Shown here piece by piece: positions 1 through 9,820 of a stretch of 64,000 nucleotides of DNA. The notes under the pieces were generated by a model. The model saw only the letters and a list, made by a program, of their open reading frames with translations, was not told the origin of the DNA and did not search any database. A program made the position numbers and the translations under genes. Source of the stretch: a virus; IMG/VR virus record IMGVR_UViG_3300017971_000228, positions 34,107 through 98,106 of that record; one strand, 5' to 3'. Each line of letters opens with the position of its first letter. The first letter of the stretch is position 1.

Positions 1-3000
1 GATGCCCTGGGGGGTGGTACTGGAACTGCTTTGACGGCCGTACCCTGGAACAGCGATTGGGACGCAGAGGTCCAGTCCGAAGTCAATGATGCCTTGGTAG
101 CGTTGAAGCTGGATCACCTCATCGCTACATCAGAGGCCGATGACCCAGTAAACAACTCGATCATAGCGAAGCTGGCAGCTTCCGGGGGCGACTGGAGTAC
201 CTTTACCGCCAGTCTAAACTCACTGGAAGCCATTACGGACGACGTGGGCGATGTCAACGCTGCTACCGGAATCAGCGCCAGTGACGTGCTGAGTTCCAGC
301 GATCTGGACAAAGCCCTGACAGACATCAACCTGGATCACCTGCTGAAGACGGCGACGGCCGGTTCAGATATGACCACCGAAGTCGCTGACAATACCGTCA
401 TGGCCCGAATCCTGGCCAATGGTGACACTTCGGCCTTCGATCAGGGAACTGACGGACTACAGCTGATTCGAGACAAGCTAACGGACATTGAGACTGATAC
501 CGGGGAAATTGGCGCTGCAGGGGCGGGCCTGACCCAGCTCGGGGGCATGGCAACCTCCATGATGGCAGAAGTGCAGTCTGAAGCGAATGATGCGCTAGTC
601 GCCTTGAAGTTGGATCATCTAGTTGCAGCCGCTGAGAGTGACGATCCGGTAGACAATTCAATCATCGCCAAACTGGCAGCGAGTGGTGGTGATTGGAGCA
701 CGTTCACAGCAAGCCTGAATGCTCTGGAAGCGTTGGCAGATAATCAATCAGACATCGTAACGGATACGGCGGAGATAGGTGCGGCAGGTGCTGGGCTCAC
801 AGCCGTGCCCTGGAACAGTGATTGGGACACGGAAGTTGAGTCAGAAGTCGATGACGCACTGGGCGGTGGAACCGGGACAGCCTTGACGGCGATTCCCTGG
901 AACTCTGACTGGGATACTGAGGTACAGTCCGAAGTGAACGACGCACTGGTAGCCTTGAAGCTAGATCACCTCATCGCCACCTCGGAAGCTGATGACCCGG
1001 CGGACAATTCCATCATCGCCAAGCTCGCAGCCAGTGGGGGTGACTGGAGTACCTTTACCGCTAGCCTGAATTCACTGGAAGCTATCACGGATGACGTGGG
1101 CGACATCAGTGCCGCCCAGAGTATCGCTGCATCTGATGTGCTAAGCTCTAGTGACTTGGACAAGGCACTGACCGACATCAATCTGGATCACCTACTCAAG
1201 ACAGCCACCGCTGGGTCAGATATGACGACTGAGGTGGCAGACAATACGATCATGGCCCGAATCCTGGCGAATGGCGATACATCAGCCTTCGATCAGGGGA
1301 CTGACGGACTGCAACTGATCCGAGACAAGCTAACGGATATCGAGACGGACACCGGGGAGATTGGAGCCGCCGGGGCAGGTCTGACACAACTGGGCGGCAT
1401 GGCAACCTCGATGATGGCAGAAGTGCAAAAAGAGGTTGACGACGCGCTAGTAGCTCAGAAGCTAGATCATCTAGTAAACGTAGCCGACAGCGATGATGCG
1501 GCCGACAATTCACTGATAGCGAAGCTGGCGGCCAGTACGGGCGACTGGAGTGACTTCACGGGAAGCCTCAACTCGCTGGTGGTCATCACGAACAACCAGG
1601 CCAACATTGAGACTGATACCGCAGAAATAGGCGCGGCTGGTGCCGGACTCACGCAACTGGGCGGATTATCAACCTGCATGATGGCTGAAGTTCAAAGCGA
1701 AGTCAACGACGCCCTGGTGGCAGTGAAGCTGGACCACCTCGTCTTCGCAGCGGAAACAGATGATGCGGCCGACAACTCTATCATCGCCAAGCTCGCTGCG
1801 TCAACAGGCGATTGGAGCGACTATACAGCCAGCTTGAATTCGATGGTCATCCAGACCACGAATCAGGCCAATATCGAAGCGGATACTCAGGATCTACAGT
1901 CACAGATCGGAACTGCGGGGGCCGGTCTCACGCAGTTGGGTGGTATGGCTACTTCTATGATGGCGGAAGTCCAGTCAGAAGTCAACGATGCTCTTGTGGC
2001 TCTGAATCTGGACCACCTGCTGGCCACAGCAACGGCTGGCTCGGACATGACGACAGAGGTAGTGGACAATACCATCCTGAGTAGGGTACTGGCCAATGGA
2101 GATACTTCAGCCTTTGACCCGACTACGGACGGGTTGCAGCTCATCAGAGACAAGCTATCAGACATTGAAACGGATACTGGAGAGATAGGTACGGCCGGGG
2201 CGGGGTTGACCCAACTCGGCGGAATGTCCACATCCATGATGGCTGAAGTGCAAAGTGAAGCCAATGATGCTTTGGTTGCCCAGAAGTTGGATCACCTAGT
2301 CGCTGTAGCTGATGGCGATGATCCGGTCAATGATTCTATCATCGCCAAGATCACTGCCAGCACCGGTGACTGGAGTGACTTCAGCGCAAGCACCCAGTCC
2401 CTGGTTGTGCTGGCGACCAACCAGGCAAACATCGAGACCGATACGGCCGAAATAGGTACGGCGGGGGCTGGCCTTACCCAACTGGGCGGACTCTCCACCT
2501 GCGCTATGGCTGAAGTCCAGAAGGAAGTTGATGACGGTCTGGTTGCACAGAAACTGGACCACCTGGTTAACGTAGCTGACTCTGATGATCCTGCCGACAA
2601 TTCCATCATGGCGAAGCTGGCTGCGTCGGGTGGGGACTGGAGTACCTTCAGCCCCAGTTCTGACGCCCTGGAAGCTCTGGCGGACAACCAGTCCGATATC
2701 GTGACGGACACAGCAGAGATAGGCGCAGCCGGGGCAGGGCTGTCAGCGATTCCCTGGAACTCTGACTGGGACACGGAGGTGGAGTCAGAAGTTGACGATG
2801 CGTTGGGCGGGGGTACGGGAACATCACTCACAGCTGTCCCGTGGAATAGCGACTGGGACACGGAAGTCCAGAGCGAGGTCAACGACGCGCTGGTTGCGCT
2901 CAAGCTAGATCACCTGGTAGCAGCATCGGAATCTGACGATCCCGTTGACAACTCCATCCTAGCCAAGCTGGCTGCCAGCGGAGGGGATTGGAGCGCCTTC

Positions 3001-3468
3001 AGTCCCTCAAGCGATGCTCTGGAAGCGGTGACTGACAATATCAACCAGGTCAGCACTGCGACCGGACTCAGTGCTTCAGATGTACTGAGTGCCAGTGATC
3101 TGATAGCGGCGTCGGACATCGCCGACGCAGTCTGGGATGAAACCAGCGCGGGGCATACCGATGCCGGCAAGGCCGGGCTACAGATGTGGACCGACGTCGA
3201 TGCCATCCTATCAGATACGGGAACGGACGGGGTGGTCCTATCTACGGCGACGCAGCAGTCCATTGCCGATGAAACGCTGAAGCGGGATGTGTCCAACGTA
3301 GAGAGCAGTGCTTGTGATCACTCGCTGACGACTATCGTTCTGGCCACACTGGAATCCAGTACGGCGGCCTCGGTCTGGACCATCAAGCAGACGGATGGGT
3401 CCACAACCTACCAGACGAAGACACTGACGCTTGACGGCTCGGCGAGCGCGATCACTGGGGTGTCCTAG
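1..3468 (+). CDS. Giant repeat-built structural protein, fibre/decoration-like (5' end outside the window)
   Basis: Frame 1 is open from base 1 (DALGGGTGTALT...). Shuffled modules EVQSEVNDALVALKLDHL, NSIIAKLAASGGDWS, IETDTGEIGAAGAGLT and VPWNSDWD. Lies upstream of the neck genes. Confidence 0.7.
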   Translation, partial: DALGGGTGTALTAVPWNSDWDAEVQSEVNDALVALKLDHLIATSEADDPVNNSIIAKLAASGGDWSTFTASLNSLEAITDDVGDVNAATGISASDVLSSSDLDKALTDINLDHLLKTATAGSDMTTEVADNTVMARILANGDTSAFDQGTDGLQLIRDKLTDIETDTGEIGAAGAGLTQLGGMATSMMAEVQSEANDALVALKLDHLVAAAESDDPVDNSIIAKLAASGGDWSTFTASLNALEALADNQSDIVTDTAEIGAAGAGLTAVPWNSDWDTEVESEVDDALGGGTGTALTAIPWNSDWDTEVQSEVNDALVALKLDHLIATSEADDPADNSIIAKLAASGGDWSTFTASLNSLEAITDDVGDISAAQSIAASDVLSSSDLDKALTDINLDHLLKTATAGSDMTTEVADNTIMARILANGDTSAFDQGTDGLQLIRDKLTDIETDTGEIGAAGAGLTQLGGMATSMMAEVQKEVDDALVAQKLDHLVNVADSDDAADNSLIAKLAASTGDWSDFTGSLNSLVVITNNQANIETDTAEIGAAGAGLTQLGGLSTCMMAEVQSEVNDALVAVKLDHLVFAAETDDAADNSIIAKLAASTGDWSDYTASLNSMVIQTTNQANIEADTQDLQSQIGTAGAGLTQLGGMATSMMAEVQSEVNDALVALNLDHLLATATAGSDMTTEVVDNTILSRVLANGDTSAFDPTTDGLQLIRDKLSDIETDTGEIGTAGAGLTQLGGMSTSMMAEVQSEANDALVAQKLDHLVAVADGDDPVNDSIIAKITASTGDWSDFSASTQSLVVLATNQANIETDTAEIGTAGAGLTQLGGLSTCAMAEVQKEVDDGLVAQKLDHLVNVADSDDPADNSIMAKLAASGGDWSTFSPSSDALEALADNQSDIVTDTAEIGAAGAGLSAIPWNSDWDTEVESEVDDALGGGTGTSLTAVPWNSDWDTEVQSEVNDALVALKLDHLVAASESDDPVDNSILAKLAASGGDWSAFSPSSDALEAVTDNINQVSTATGLSASDVLSASDLIAASDIADAVWDETSAGHTDAGKAGLQMWTDVDAILSDTGTDGVVLSTATQQSIADETLKRDVSNVESSACDHSLTTIVLATLESSTAASVWTIKQTDGSTTYQTKTLTLDGSASAITGVS

Positions 3469-3728
3469 TGGCCAAGACGCGGGACCTTCTGAACTGGGTT
3501 CTGCACTGGCTGTCGGCTGGTGCCGAACCCACGCGGAGGGTATCCGTTGACCTGACTTCTGATGTAGCGCGGAGCTTCGTGGTCATCTGTGACATGGACC
3601 GGACTACAGACTTTACCCACGACATAGCGCGGAGCTTCACGCTCGTCTTTGACGTGGATCGCACGCCGGACTTCACGCACGACGTGGCGCGTAGTTTTAC
3701 AGTGACAACGGACAGGAAAAATGCCTGA
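3468..3728 (+). CDS. Small protein with three ~20-aa repeats (D[LF]T[SH]D[VI]ARSF)
   Basis: Overlaps both neighbours (coupled); internal repeats visible. Confidence 0.6.
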   Translation: MAKTRDLLNWVLHWLSAGAEPTRRVSVDLTSDVARSFVVICDMDRTTDFTHDIARSFTLVFDVDRTPDFTHDVARSFTVTTDRKNA

Positions 3729-4026
3729 AGTTCACATGAACGATACGGGGGCCTCCATCATCTGCCTCATCCGGGAGGGGACGGCGGCCCTGGACATAGG
3801 ATCTGCTACGGCGATGGCCATTCACTATCAGAAGCCGGATGCTACAACGGGATCCTGGTCGGCGTCGCTGTACACCGACGGTTCGGACGGGAAGATGTTC
3901 TACGAAACGGCGGCCTCTTCGGACCTGTCTGCGTCGGGGTGGTGGAGCATCCAGCCAGCCTTCACGCTGGGCGACTGGACAGGGCGGGCGGAGACCAAGG
4001 AATTCGAGGTGCTGGCGAACATCTAG
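3721..4026 (+). CDS. BppU N-terminal-like / virion accessory domain protein
   Basis: NDTG...LDI..AT...YQKPD...G...Y...DL...GWW pattern typical of phage BppU-like domains. Confidence 0.55.
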   Translation: MPEVHMNDTGASIICLIREGTAALDIGSATAMAIHYQKPDATTGSWSASLYTDGSDGKMFYETAASSDLSASGWWSIQPAFTLGDWTGRAETKEFEVLANI

Positions 4027-4039
4027 GGGGATTATCATT

Positions 4040-4570
4040 ATGGCTTACGGTAGCGCATCGGGGGTCGCAGCCCTCTGCAAGCACCTCACTAACGAAGGCG
4101 ACGGGGCCTTCAACAACGACACGACACCTACTCGTCGGCAGGTGCTGGCCTTCCTGGACGACGGCTCTGCGCTGATGGACGCGGAGATCGCCCAGCATGG
4201 GTTTACTACACCCGTCTCTGCCAGTCTGGTGGTAGCGGTACTGGACCCCATCGCGGAGTACTACGCCGCGGCCATGGCGGAGAGCATCGAAACGGTCTCC
4301 CGTTCTGACTGGCAGGGGACCAGCGAGAGCTCGAAGCCGACGCACTGGATGGACATGCACCGCGACTCCATGGACCGGATCCTGTCGGAACGGGGACGGG
4401 CGCTGGCTATTCTGGGAGCGGGGAGGGGCGTGGACCTGTCGGAGTACCTGCATGCCGGCGGGCTGAGTGAGGATGAGAAGGACACCTGGGAAAGTGACAG
4501 CGACTTCATTCAGCCACGGTTCAAGGTGGGGATGATGGAATACAAGACGGTAGACTGGAGAACGGTGTAG
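4040..4570 (+). CDS. Head-tail adaptor (neck) protein
   Basis: Starts MAYGSASGV after a GGGG SD; MAY..., D..I...GF.TPV pattern; position in the module. Confidence 0.65.
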   Translation: MAYGSASGVAALCKHLTNEGDGAFNNDTTPTRRQVLAFLDDGSALMDAEIAQHGFTTPVSASLVVAVLDPIAEYYAAAMAESIETVSRSDWQGTSESSKPTHWMDMHRDSMDRILSERGRALAILGAGRGVDLSEYLHAGGLSEDEKDTWESDSDFIQPRFKVGMMEYKTVDWRTV

Positions 4571-5073
4571 TGCCGGTCCTTCTGAAGATCTCCACCCAGG
4601 GTTTTGAGGCGACGGCGGGGCGGTTCGCACGGGCGCAGAGCTTCCTGCCGCATAGCTTCCAGCAACGGCTGGGAGAGCTGATGCGCAGCATCCGGGACGT
4701 GGTGCGGGCCGAAGCACCGCCCAATCTGAGCCGATACGTGACGCACCGAACGGAGATGCTATCCCATAGTCCGGCAAGGGCGCTGGGGAAGATCGACCTG
4801 GAGCAACCGCCGAACCCACCCTATCCAGCGGAAATCTGGGACTACATCATCAAGGGGACGAAGCCCCACCCGATTGTACCACGTCGGGCGCGGGCGCTGG
4901 CCTTCTACTGGGAGAAGGTAGGGGCGGACGTAGTACTGCCCCACGTAAATCATCCCGGTACGGACCCCAACGACTTCCCGGCGAGGGCGTGGCGCAGGAT
5001 CGGGAGGGGGCATCTAGAGCGGACGGCGGCGAAGATCGGGCTGGACGTGGTGGGAGTGCTGGGGGGACAATGA
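4570..5073 (+). CDS. HK97 gp10-like tail completion/neck protein
   Basis: GTKPHPIVPRRARALAF...VNHPGT..NDF..RA motif. Confidence 0.7.
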   Translation: MPVLLKISTQGFEATAGRFARAQSFLPHSFQQRLGELMRSIRDVVRAEAPPNLSRYVTHRTEMLSHSPARALGKIDLEQPPNPPYPAEIWDYIIKGTKPHPIVPRRARALAFYWEKVGADVVLPHVNHPGTDPNDFPARAWRRIGRGHLERTAAKIGLDVVGVLGGQ

Positions 5074-5492
5074 GCTGGACGGGGGTACGAAGCGGGGCCT
5101 GTAGCCTGCTGATTGCGACCAGCATCTACGAAGCTGACAATAATACAGGCTGGATTGACCCAGGCGTACTGGACACGACGACATGTCGCTGGGCGGCCAT
5201 CTTCGCACCGGGGCCTATTGAGATCCCGCGTACGACCTTCGGCAGCCATCACGTCACTTGGTCGCTCATCCTGCAGACCTGGATTATCAATGACGGCAAC
5301 TTCGACAACTGGCAGGACGACCACGATACGGTGATCCAGGACACGGTGGATGCGCTGCGGTCGGATGATACGCTGGGGGGGAGCTGTGACAACGCCGTCA
5401 TCAGCCTGGTAGACATCAGCGTAGAGGAACGGGGAAACCGGCGGTACGACGTGTTGAGCTGGCTAATAGAAGCAGAAGAGTACGGACTGTAG
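5070..5492 (+). CDS. Putative tail terminator protein
   Basis: ATGA overlap with the upstream gene; ALRSDDTLGG motif; position. Confidence 0.6.
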   Translation: MSWTGVRSGACSLLIATSIYEADNNTGWIDPGVLDTTTCRWAAIFAPGPIEIPRTTFGSHHVTWSLILQTWIINDGNFDNWQDDHDTVIQDTVDALRSDDTLGGSCDNAVISLVDISVEERGNRRYDVLSWLIEAEEYGL

Positions 5493-5516
5493 ATGGACTG
5501 AGTCGAAAGGAAGGAG

Positions 5517-6695
5517 GTGCGGTTGCGATTTCTGTTCGTAGTAGCGGACAGCGCCCGCGAATGGAACTGTTCGGAATGGCGGGTGGCAATCCCGATGAGG
5601 GCGATTAACAACACAGAGGGTCACAGCGCAGTGGCGATAAACTGGGAGCAATTCGGGCATTTTGAGAGACCGGATGTCCAAGACGTGGTTATGCCGGCGG
5701 ATCTGGTGATCTACCAGCGGAATCTCTTTTGTGAACCGTACTTCTCAGCCGTCGAGTACTTCCAGGGGCTGGGCAAGCCGTTCATCCTGGACCTGGACGA
5801 CTCCTATCCCATCTTGCCCTGGAGCAACCCAGCCCATGGGTTCTGGATCCAGAACGTCCGGAAGATGGACCCGGAGCCGCTGAAGGGGCTGGAGATCGGG
5901 GTACAGCTGGTGGACGCGGTGTCGAGTCCCAGCAAGATGATCTGCCAGGACTGGGCGCATCTGAACACGCCGATCTGGCTACCCAACTTCGCAGAAGGTG
6001 GATGGTACAAGGACTTGCCGGGCAAGGCGGAAGAACTGAAGGACCGGATTGTCATTGGCTGGGGGGGCAGCATCAGCCACTATGATGGGTTCTGGCTCTC
6101 AGGGGTGCGGCAGGCGCTGGAGAACATCTGCCAACGAAGACCGGAGGTACTGTTCAAGTTCTGCGGGAACGACGGGCGAATCTATCTCCAGCTTCCGGTA
6201 GGTACATCGCAGAAGATGTGGCAGCAGGGGGTGCCGCCCAGCCAGTGGCCCAAGGTCATCTCTACCTTCGACATCGGGCTGGCGCCGCTAGACCTTATCG
6301 GGGGGTATGAATCACGCAAGAGCTGGCTGAAGGGGCTGGAGTACATGCTGGCAAAGGTGCCCTGGATAGGTAGCGATGGGCCATCCTACAGCGACCTGCG
6401 GCATCATGGGCTGATGGTAGGCAACAGCCCGGCAGAGTGGGAAGAGGCACTGGAATACATGATAGACCATCTCGAAGAGGAGAAGGAGAAGGCGGCGGGT
6501 GAACCCTATGAATGGGCGCAGACGCTGACGATGGAGAACAACGTAGGGTTCTACGTTCAACTGGCACAGAAGATGGCGGGGCTAAGGTCGGCGGCAATGG
6601 GGCTGCCGGGGTTAATGCACGTAGGGGCGAAGCGACCGATAAGCGTGAAGGACGTGACACCACTGGAGGATCTGATCTATGTCAAAGCTGCTTGA
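5517..6695 (+). CDS. Glycosyltransferase (GT-B, GT4-like)
   Basis: WRVAIP, YQR, DLDD, IGWGGS..H, FDIGLAPL, KSWLK.LEY motifs. Confidence 0.85.
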   Translation: MRLRFLFVVADSAREWNCSEWRVAIPMRAINNTEGHSAVAINWEQFGHFERPDVQDVVMPADLVIYQRNLFCEPYFSAVEYFQGLGKPFILDLDDSYPILPWSNPAHGFWIQNVRKMDPEPLKGLEIGVQLVDAVSSPSKMICQDWAHLNTPIWLPNFAEGGWYKDLPGKAEELKDRIVIGWGGSISHYDGFWLSGVRQALENICQRRPEVLFKFCGNDGRIYLQLPVGTSQKMWQQGVPPSQWPKVISTFDIGLAPLDLIGGYESRKSWLKGLEYMLAKVPWIGSDGPSYSDLRHHGLMVGNSPAEWEEALEYMIDHLEEEKEKAAGEPYEWAQTLTMENNVGFYVQLAQKMAGLRSAAMGLPGLMHVGAKRPISVKDVTPLEDLIYVKAA

Positions 6696-6888
6696 CGTTG
6701 AGGGGTTGCTGGACGAACGGGAGCCGCTGCAGCGCGGGGTATACCAGTTCGTGACGACTTGGTATGAACGACTGAAGCTAGAATACGAAGGAGTGAATCT
6801 GGGAGAATGCCTACAATACAACCTGAGCCAACTGTGCAACCATCGGGTGCTGGCGGAGATGGAGAAGGCACGGGCCAAACCGCTGTGA
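6679..6888 (+). CDS. Small hypothetical protein coupled between the two glycosyltransferases
   Basis: GGAGG SD; overlaps both neighbours. Confidence 0.55.
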   Translation: MSKLLDVEGLLDEREPLQRGVYQFVTTWYERLKLEYEGVNLGECLQYNLSQLCNHRVLAEMEKARAKPL

Positions 6889-8159
6889 AGCCGGTCATCG
6901 TCCTGAGTGGGGGGCCCGCGGTCGTTCCCCTGGTAGCGAAGTTCGACGGGGACGGGAAGGTGACGGACCCGCTACTGTCGGGGGAGTACGATCTGGCATT
7001 CCTGTACCCGCAGGTAGCAGACCAGTTCAGGGGACGGGGACTGGAGTGCTTCAAGATTGACGACGGGACGACGGGGCAGGACAACAACGACGCTATCAAC
7101 TGGGCAGTTCAGAAGGCGATGCCGCTTCTGGCGTCACTGAAGGGTAGAAAGCAAAGCCGAATACGGGAGTGCTTCCCGCAGGACCAGCGGATTCTCAAAG
7201 TGGTGAGCGGGGGGTTGCTGGACTGGATGCCGGGGTACGTGGTCTCGTCGATGGCGCGGATGCACATGCGCATCACGGTCTGGAAGCGGTTCTGGGATTC
7301 GCATGACGTCCGGCTGGTGGTGACGCACGAGGACGTGGCAGAGGACACGAAGGCCCTGGTGCAGTTTGCCAGGGCGCAGGGAACGCCGACGCTGCACGTG
7401 CCGCACTTCAACCATGGCAGTCTGCCGAGGCCCATGCCGGACCTACATGACTCTATCAACTGTGACTACGCAGCGGTAGCAGGGACCTACATGCGGGGGT
7501 GGCTGGCGGAGAGGGGCATGGACCCGGACCATATCCGCATCACGGGGCATCCTGCCTGGGACCGATACGCGCACATCAACCCGGACCGCTACTGGGCGCG
7601 GGCGATGATGCGGCTGAATCCGGCAAGGAAAGCGGTCTGCTATGCAGCGGACTGGGTGCTCTGGACGACGCTATGCTACCACGAGCATACCCCGCAGGCA
7701 GGGTGGCGGGCGATGCTGGGAGCAGCCAAGGCGCTGACTCAGGAGGGGTGGATACTCATCTGCAAGGCACACCCGGGGGCCAAGGAGACCAACGCGGCAT
7801 GGCACGCTAAGACAGCGGAGGACACAGGCGTGGAATGCGTGGTCACTGACAGGCATCTGGATGTGGTGCTACAGGCTGCGGATGTGTTTGTGAGCAACGG
7901 ATTCTCAAACATCATCGCTGAAGCGGCCATGGCGGGGGTGCCGGGCATCACGCTGGGGCCGGGGTATCTGGATGAACCGGCGGTGCCGGGGGTAGAGTAC
8001 GATGCGGAGGCGCTGTACCTGAAGATCAAGGAGGTCCAGGCGACCAGGGAGGCATGGCAGGAGAAGTTGCTGCCGGCTTTCATGACTCGCTTCGTCGGGC
8101 CGAATGACGGGCAGGCAGCGGATCGCATCGTGGAGTGGTGTCGGGAGTTGGCAGGATAA
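6885..8159 (+). CDS. GT-B fold sugar transferase (CDP-glycerol/capsule/sialyltransferase-like)
   Basis: ITGHP.WD, KAHP, ADVFVS..SN...EA...GVP and DGQAADRI motifs. Confidence 0.7.
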   Translation: MKPVIVLSGGPAVVPLVAKFDGDGKVTDPLLSGEYDLAFLYPQVADQFRGRGLECFKIDDGTTGQDNNDAINWAVQKAMPLLASLKGRKQSRIRECFPQDQRILKVVSGGLLDWMPGYVVSSMARMHMRITVWKRFWDSHDVRLVVTHEDVAEDTKALVQFARAQGTPTLHVPHFNHGSLPRPMPDLHDSINCDYAAVAGTYMRGWLAERGMDPDHIRITGHPAWDRYAHINPDRYWARAMMRLNPARKAVCYAADWVLWTTLCYHEHTPQAGWRAMLGAAKALTQEGWILICKAHPGAKETNAAWHAKTAEDTGVECVVTDRHLDVVLQAADVFVSNGFSNIIAEAAMAGVPGITLGPGYLDEPAVPGVEYDAEALYLKIKEVQATREAWQEKLLPAFMTRFVGPNDGQAADRIVEWCRELAG

Positions 8160-8192
8160 GCTGACCTAACGGAATAGTCTAGCGGACTTATC

Positions 8193-8245
8193 GGGCGACC
8201 GCGTCTCTCTGTCCTTGGGGGCAGGGGGTGGTCGCCTTTGTTTTT
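8193..8245 (+). terminator. Long GC hairpin followed by a T tract just upstream of the tail tube SD
   Basis: GGCGACC...GGTCGCC stem with inner CTCTCTGTCC/GGGCAGGGGG, then TTTGTTTTT. Confidence 0.55.
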
Positions 8246-8257
8246 GAGGAGGATCCA

Positions 8258-8713
8258 ATGCCGCACGTACACGGCAAGAACGTCGATGTGAAGATACTGG
8301 ACGTGGACGCTGTAGAGCAGAACATCACGTCGGACGGCAACAGCGTCACGCTCACCTGGACAAATGATATCGCTGAACTTAGGGCCTTTGGTGCGGCGGC
8401 ACTGGAGAAGCTGGAAGGTGTCCCGGACTGGGGCTGGGAGTTCGCCGGATACTACCATACCACGGCATCGCAGATAGACGAGATTCTGGGCAACATCGCT
8501 ACCTGCGTGTCCAGTTCTACAGCCGCCTGCATTGCCTTCGGGGGTGCGGGGGCGACGGAAGTGGGGTGTCCCTTCTGGTATGGCAACTGTATTCTGGCAG
8601 AGTATGCAGTCGAAGCACCGTCTGACGGGCCGGTGACGGTAACAGCCACTTTCGCGGGCAGTGGTGCTCTATCGCGGGCAGCCATCGCCGCTGGCGGGTC
8701 CTGGACTCCATAA
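8258..8713 (+). CDS. Tail tube (major tail) protein, copy 1
   Basis: HGKNV..., ..EY.VEAPSDGPVTVTATF.GSGAL fold signature; GAGGAGG SD. Confidence 0.8.
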   Translation: MPHVHGKNVDVKILDVDAVEQNITSDGNSVTLTWTNDIAELRAFGAAALEKLEGVPDWGWEFAGYYHTTASQIDEILGNIATCVSSSTAACIAFGGAGATEVGCPFWYGNCILAEYAVEAPSDGPVTVTATFAGSGALSRAAIAAGGSWTP

Positions 8714-8734
8714 CAGTAGGTAGGAGGACAACAC

Positions 8735-9160
8735 ATGCCACACGTGCATGGTAAGAACGTAGACCTGAAGATCATCACCGTAGACGGCAGTCTCCGCCGG
8801 ATCGAAACCGACGGCAACTCTGTCACGCTGACCTGGACCAACGACATCGCTGAGCTGCGACCTTTCGGGGCAGCGGCCATGGAGAAGCTGGAGGGGGTGC
8901 CTGACTGGAACTGGGAGTTTGCAGGCTACTACCACACGGCAGCCAGCCAGATTGACGAGCATCTGGCCAACATCGCCACCTGCGTGTCCAGCTCTACATC
9001 GGCATCCATCGCCTTTGGCGGAAGCACGGCAGGCTGCCCGATGTGGTACGGCAACTGTATTCTGTCGGAGTATGCCGTGGAAGCGCCAAGTGACGGGCCG
9101 GTGACGGTGACAGCTACTTTTGCGGGAAGCGGGGCGTTGAGCCGAGCTGCAGTAGCCTAG
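8735..9160 (+). CDS. Tail tube (major tail) protein, copy 2
   Basis: Close paralog of 8258..8713; precedes the chaperone and tape measure genes. Confidence 0.8.
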   Translation: MPHVHGKNVDLKIITVDGSLRRIETDGNSVTLTWTNDIAELRPFGAAAMEKLEGVPDWNWEFAGYYHTAASQIDEHLANIATCVSSSTSASIAFGGSTAGCPMWYGNCILSEYAVEAPSDGPVTVTATFAGSGALSRAAVA

Positions 9161-9172
9161 TGAGGGAGTAGG

Positions 9173-9499
9173 ATGAACATACGGATTGACTGTTCGGTCG
9201 AAGGGCATGAAGGGGAGTATGTGGAGTACAAGCCGCTGCGGCTGAAGGACCGACGGCGGTTCATGGAAAGTGTAGGTGAGGAGAACATCTGGGCAGCCGT
9301 CCGCGACTGTTTGGTACGGTGGAAGCTCACCGACGCGGACGGTGGGGCGGTCGCGGATGTCGCGCCTGATACCACGCTGGACGATCTGGGGGAACTGGAA
9401 GAGCCGATGTACTCCTGGCTCGTCGGTTCCTTCACCGAGTGCATCATCGAGGGGAGGCGACGGGCACAGTCCTCCCCTTTCTCCGAGACGTCGCCCTAG
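9173..9499 (+). CDS. Tail assembly chaperone (gpG-like)
   Basis: Lies between tail tube and tape measure; slippery site near its 3' end. Confidence 0.8.
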   Translation: MNIRIDCSVEGHEGEYVEYKPLRLKDRRRFMESVGEENIWAAVRDCLVRWKLTDADGGAVADVAPDTTLDDLGELEEPMYSWLVGSFTECIIEGRRRAQSSPFSETSP

Positions 9500-9819
9500 C
9501 CTATCGGGGCGAAGGGGCCCTACCCTACGAAGTGGAAGTGGTGATGACGGCGAAGGAGTTCGGCGTCACGCCCAGCGAAATTGAAGATGAAGAGGATGCA
9601 CTGCTCCACATTGGGCTGGAAGGGCAAGCGGTGTTGCGGGCGCTGGCCGCCAGAGACGCCTTCCTGGGGTCCAAGGGAAGGGTCCGGTGGACGCCGGCGC
9701 AGGGGCGCATCATCATGCGGGTTGACGAGATACTGAAAGAAGAGGGGGTGGAGAAGGAACGGGAGTTCAAGGAGGACTTCGTTGAGTCGGATCTGGCGGG
9801 GATCAACATAGAGGACTAG
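9173..9819 (+). CDS. gpGT-like chaperone made by -1 frameshift at C CCT TTC (9475-9481)
   Basis: XXXYYYZ heptamer in the correct phase; the -1 frame stays open to 9819, just before the tape measure ATG. Confidence 0.8.
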
Positions 9820-9820
9820 C

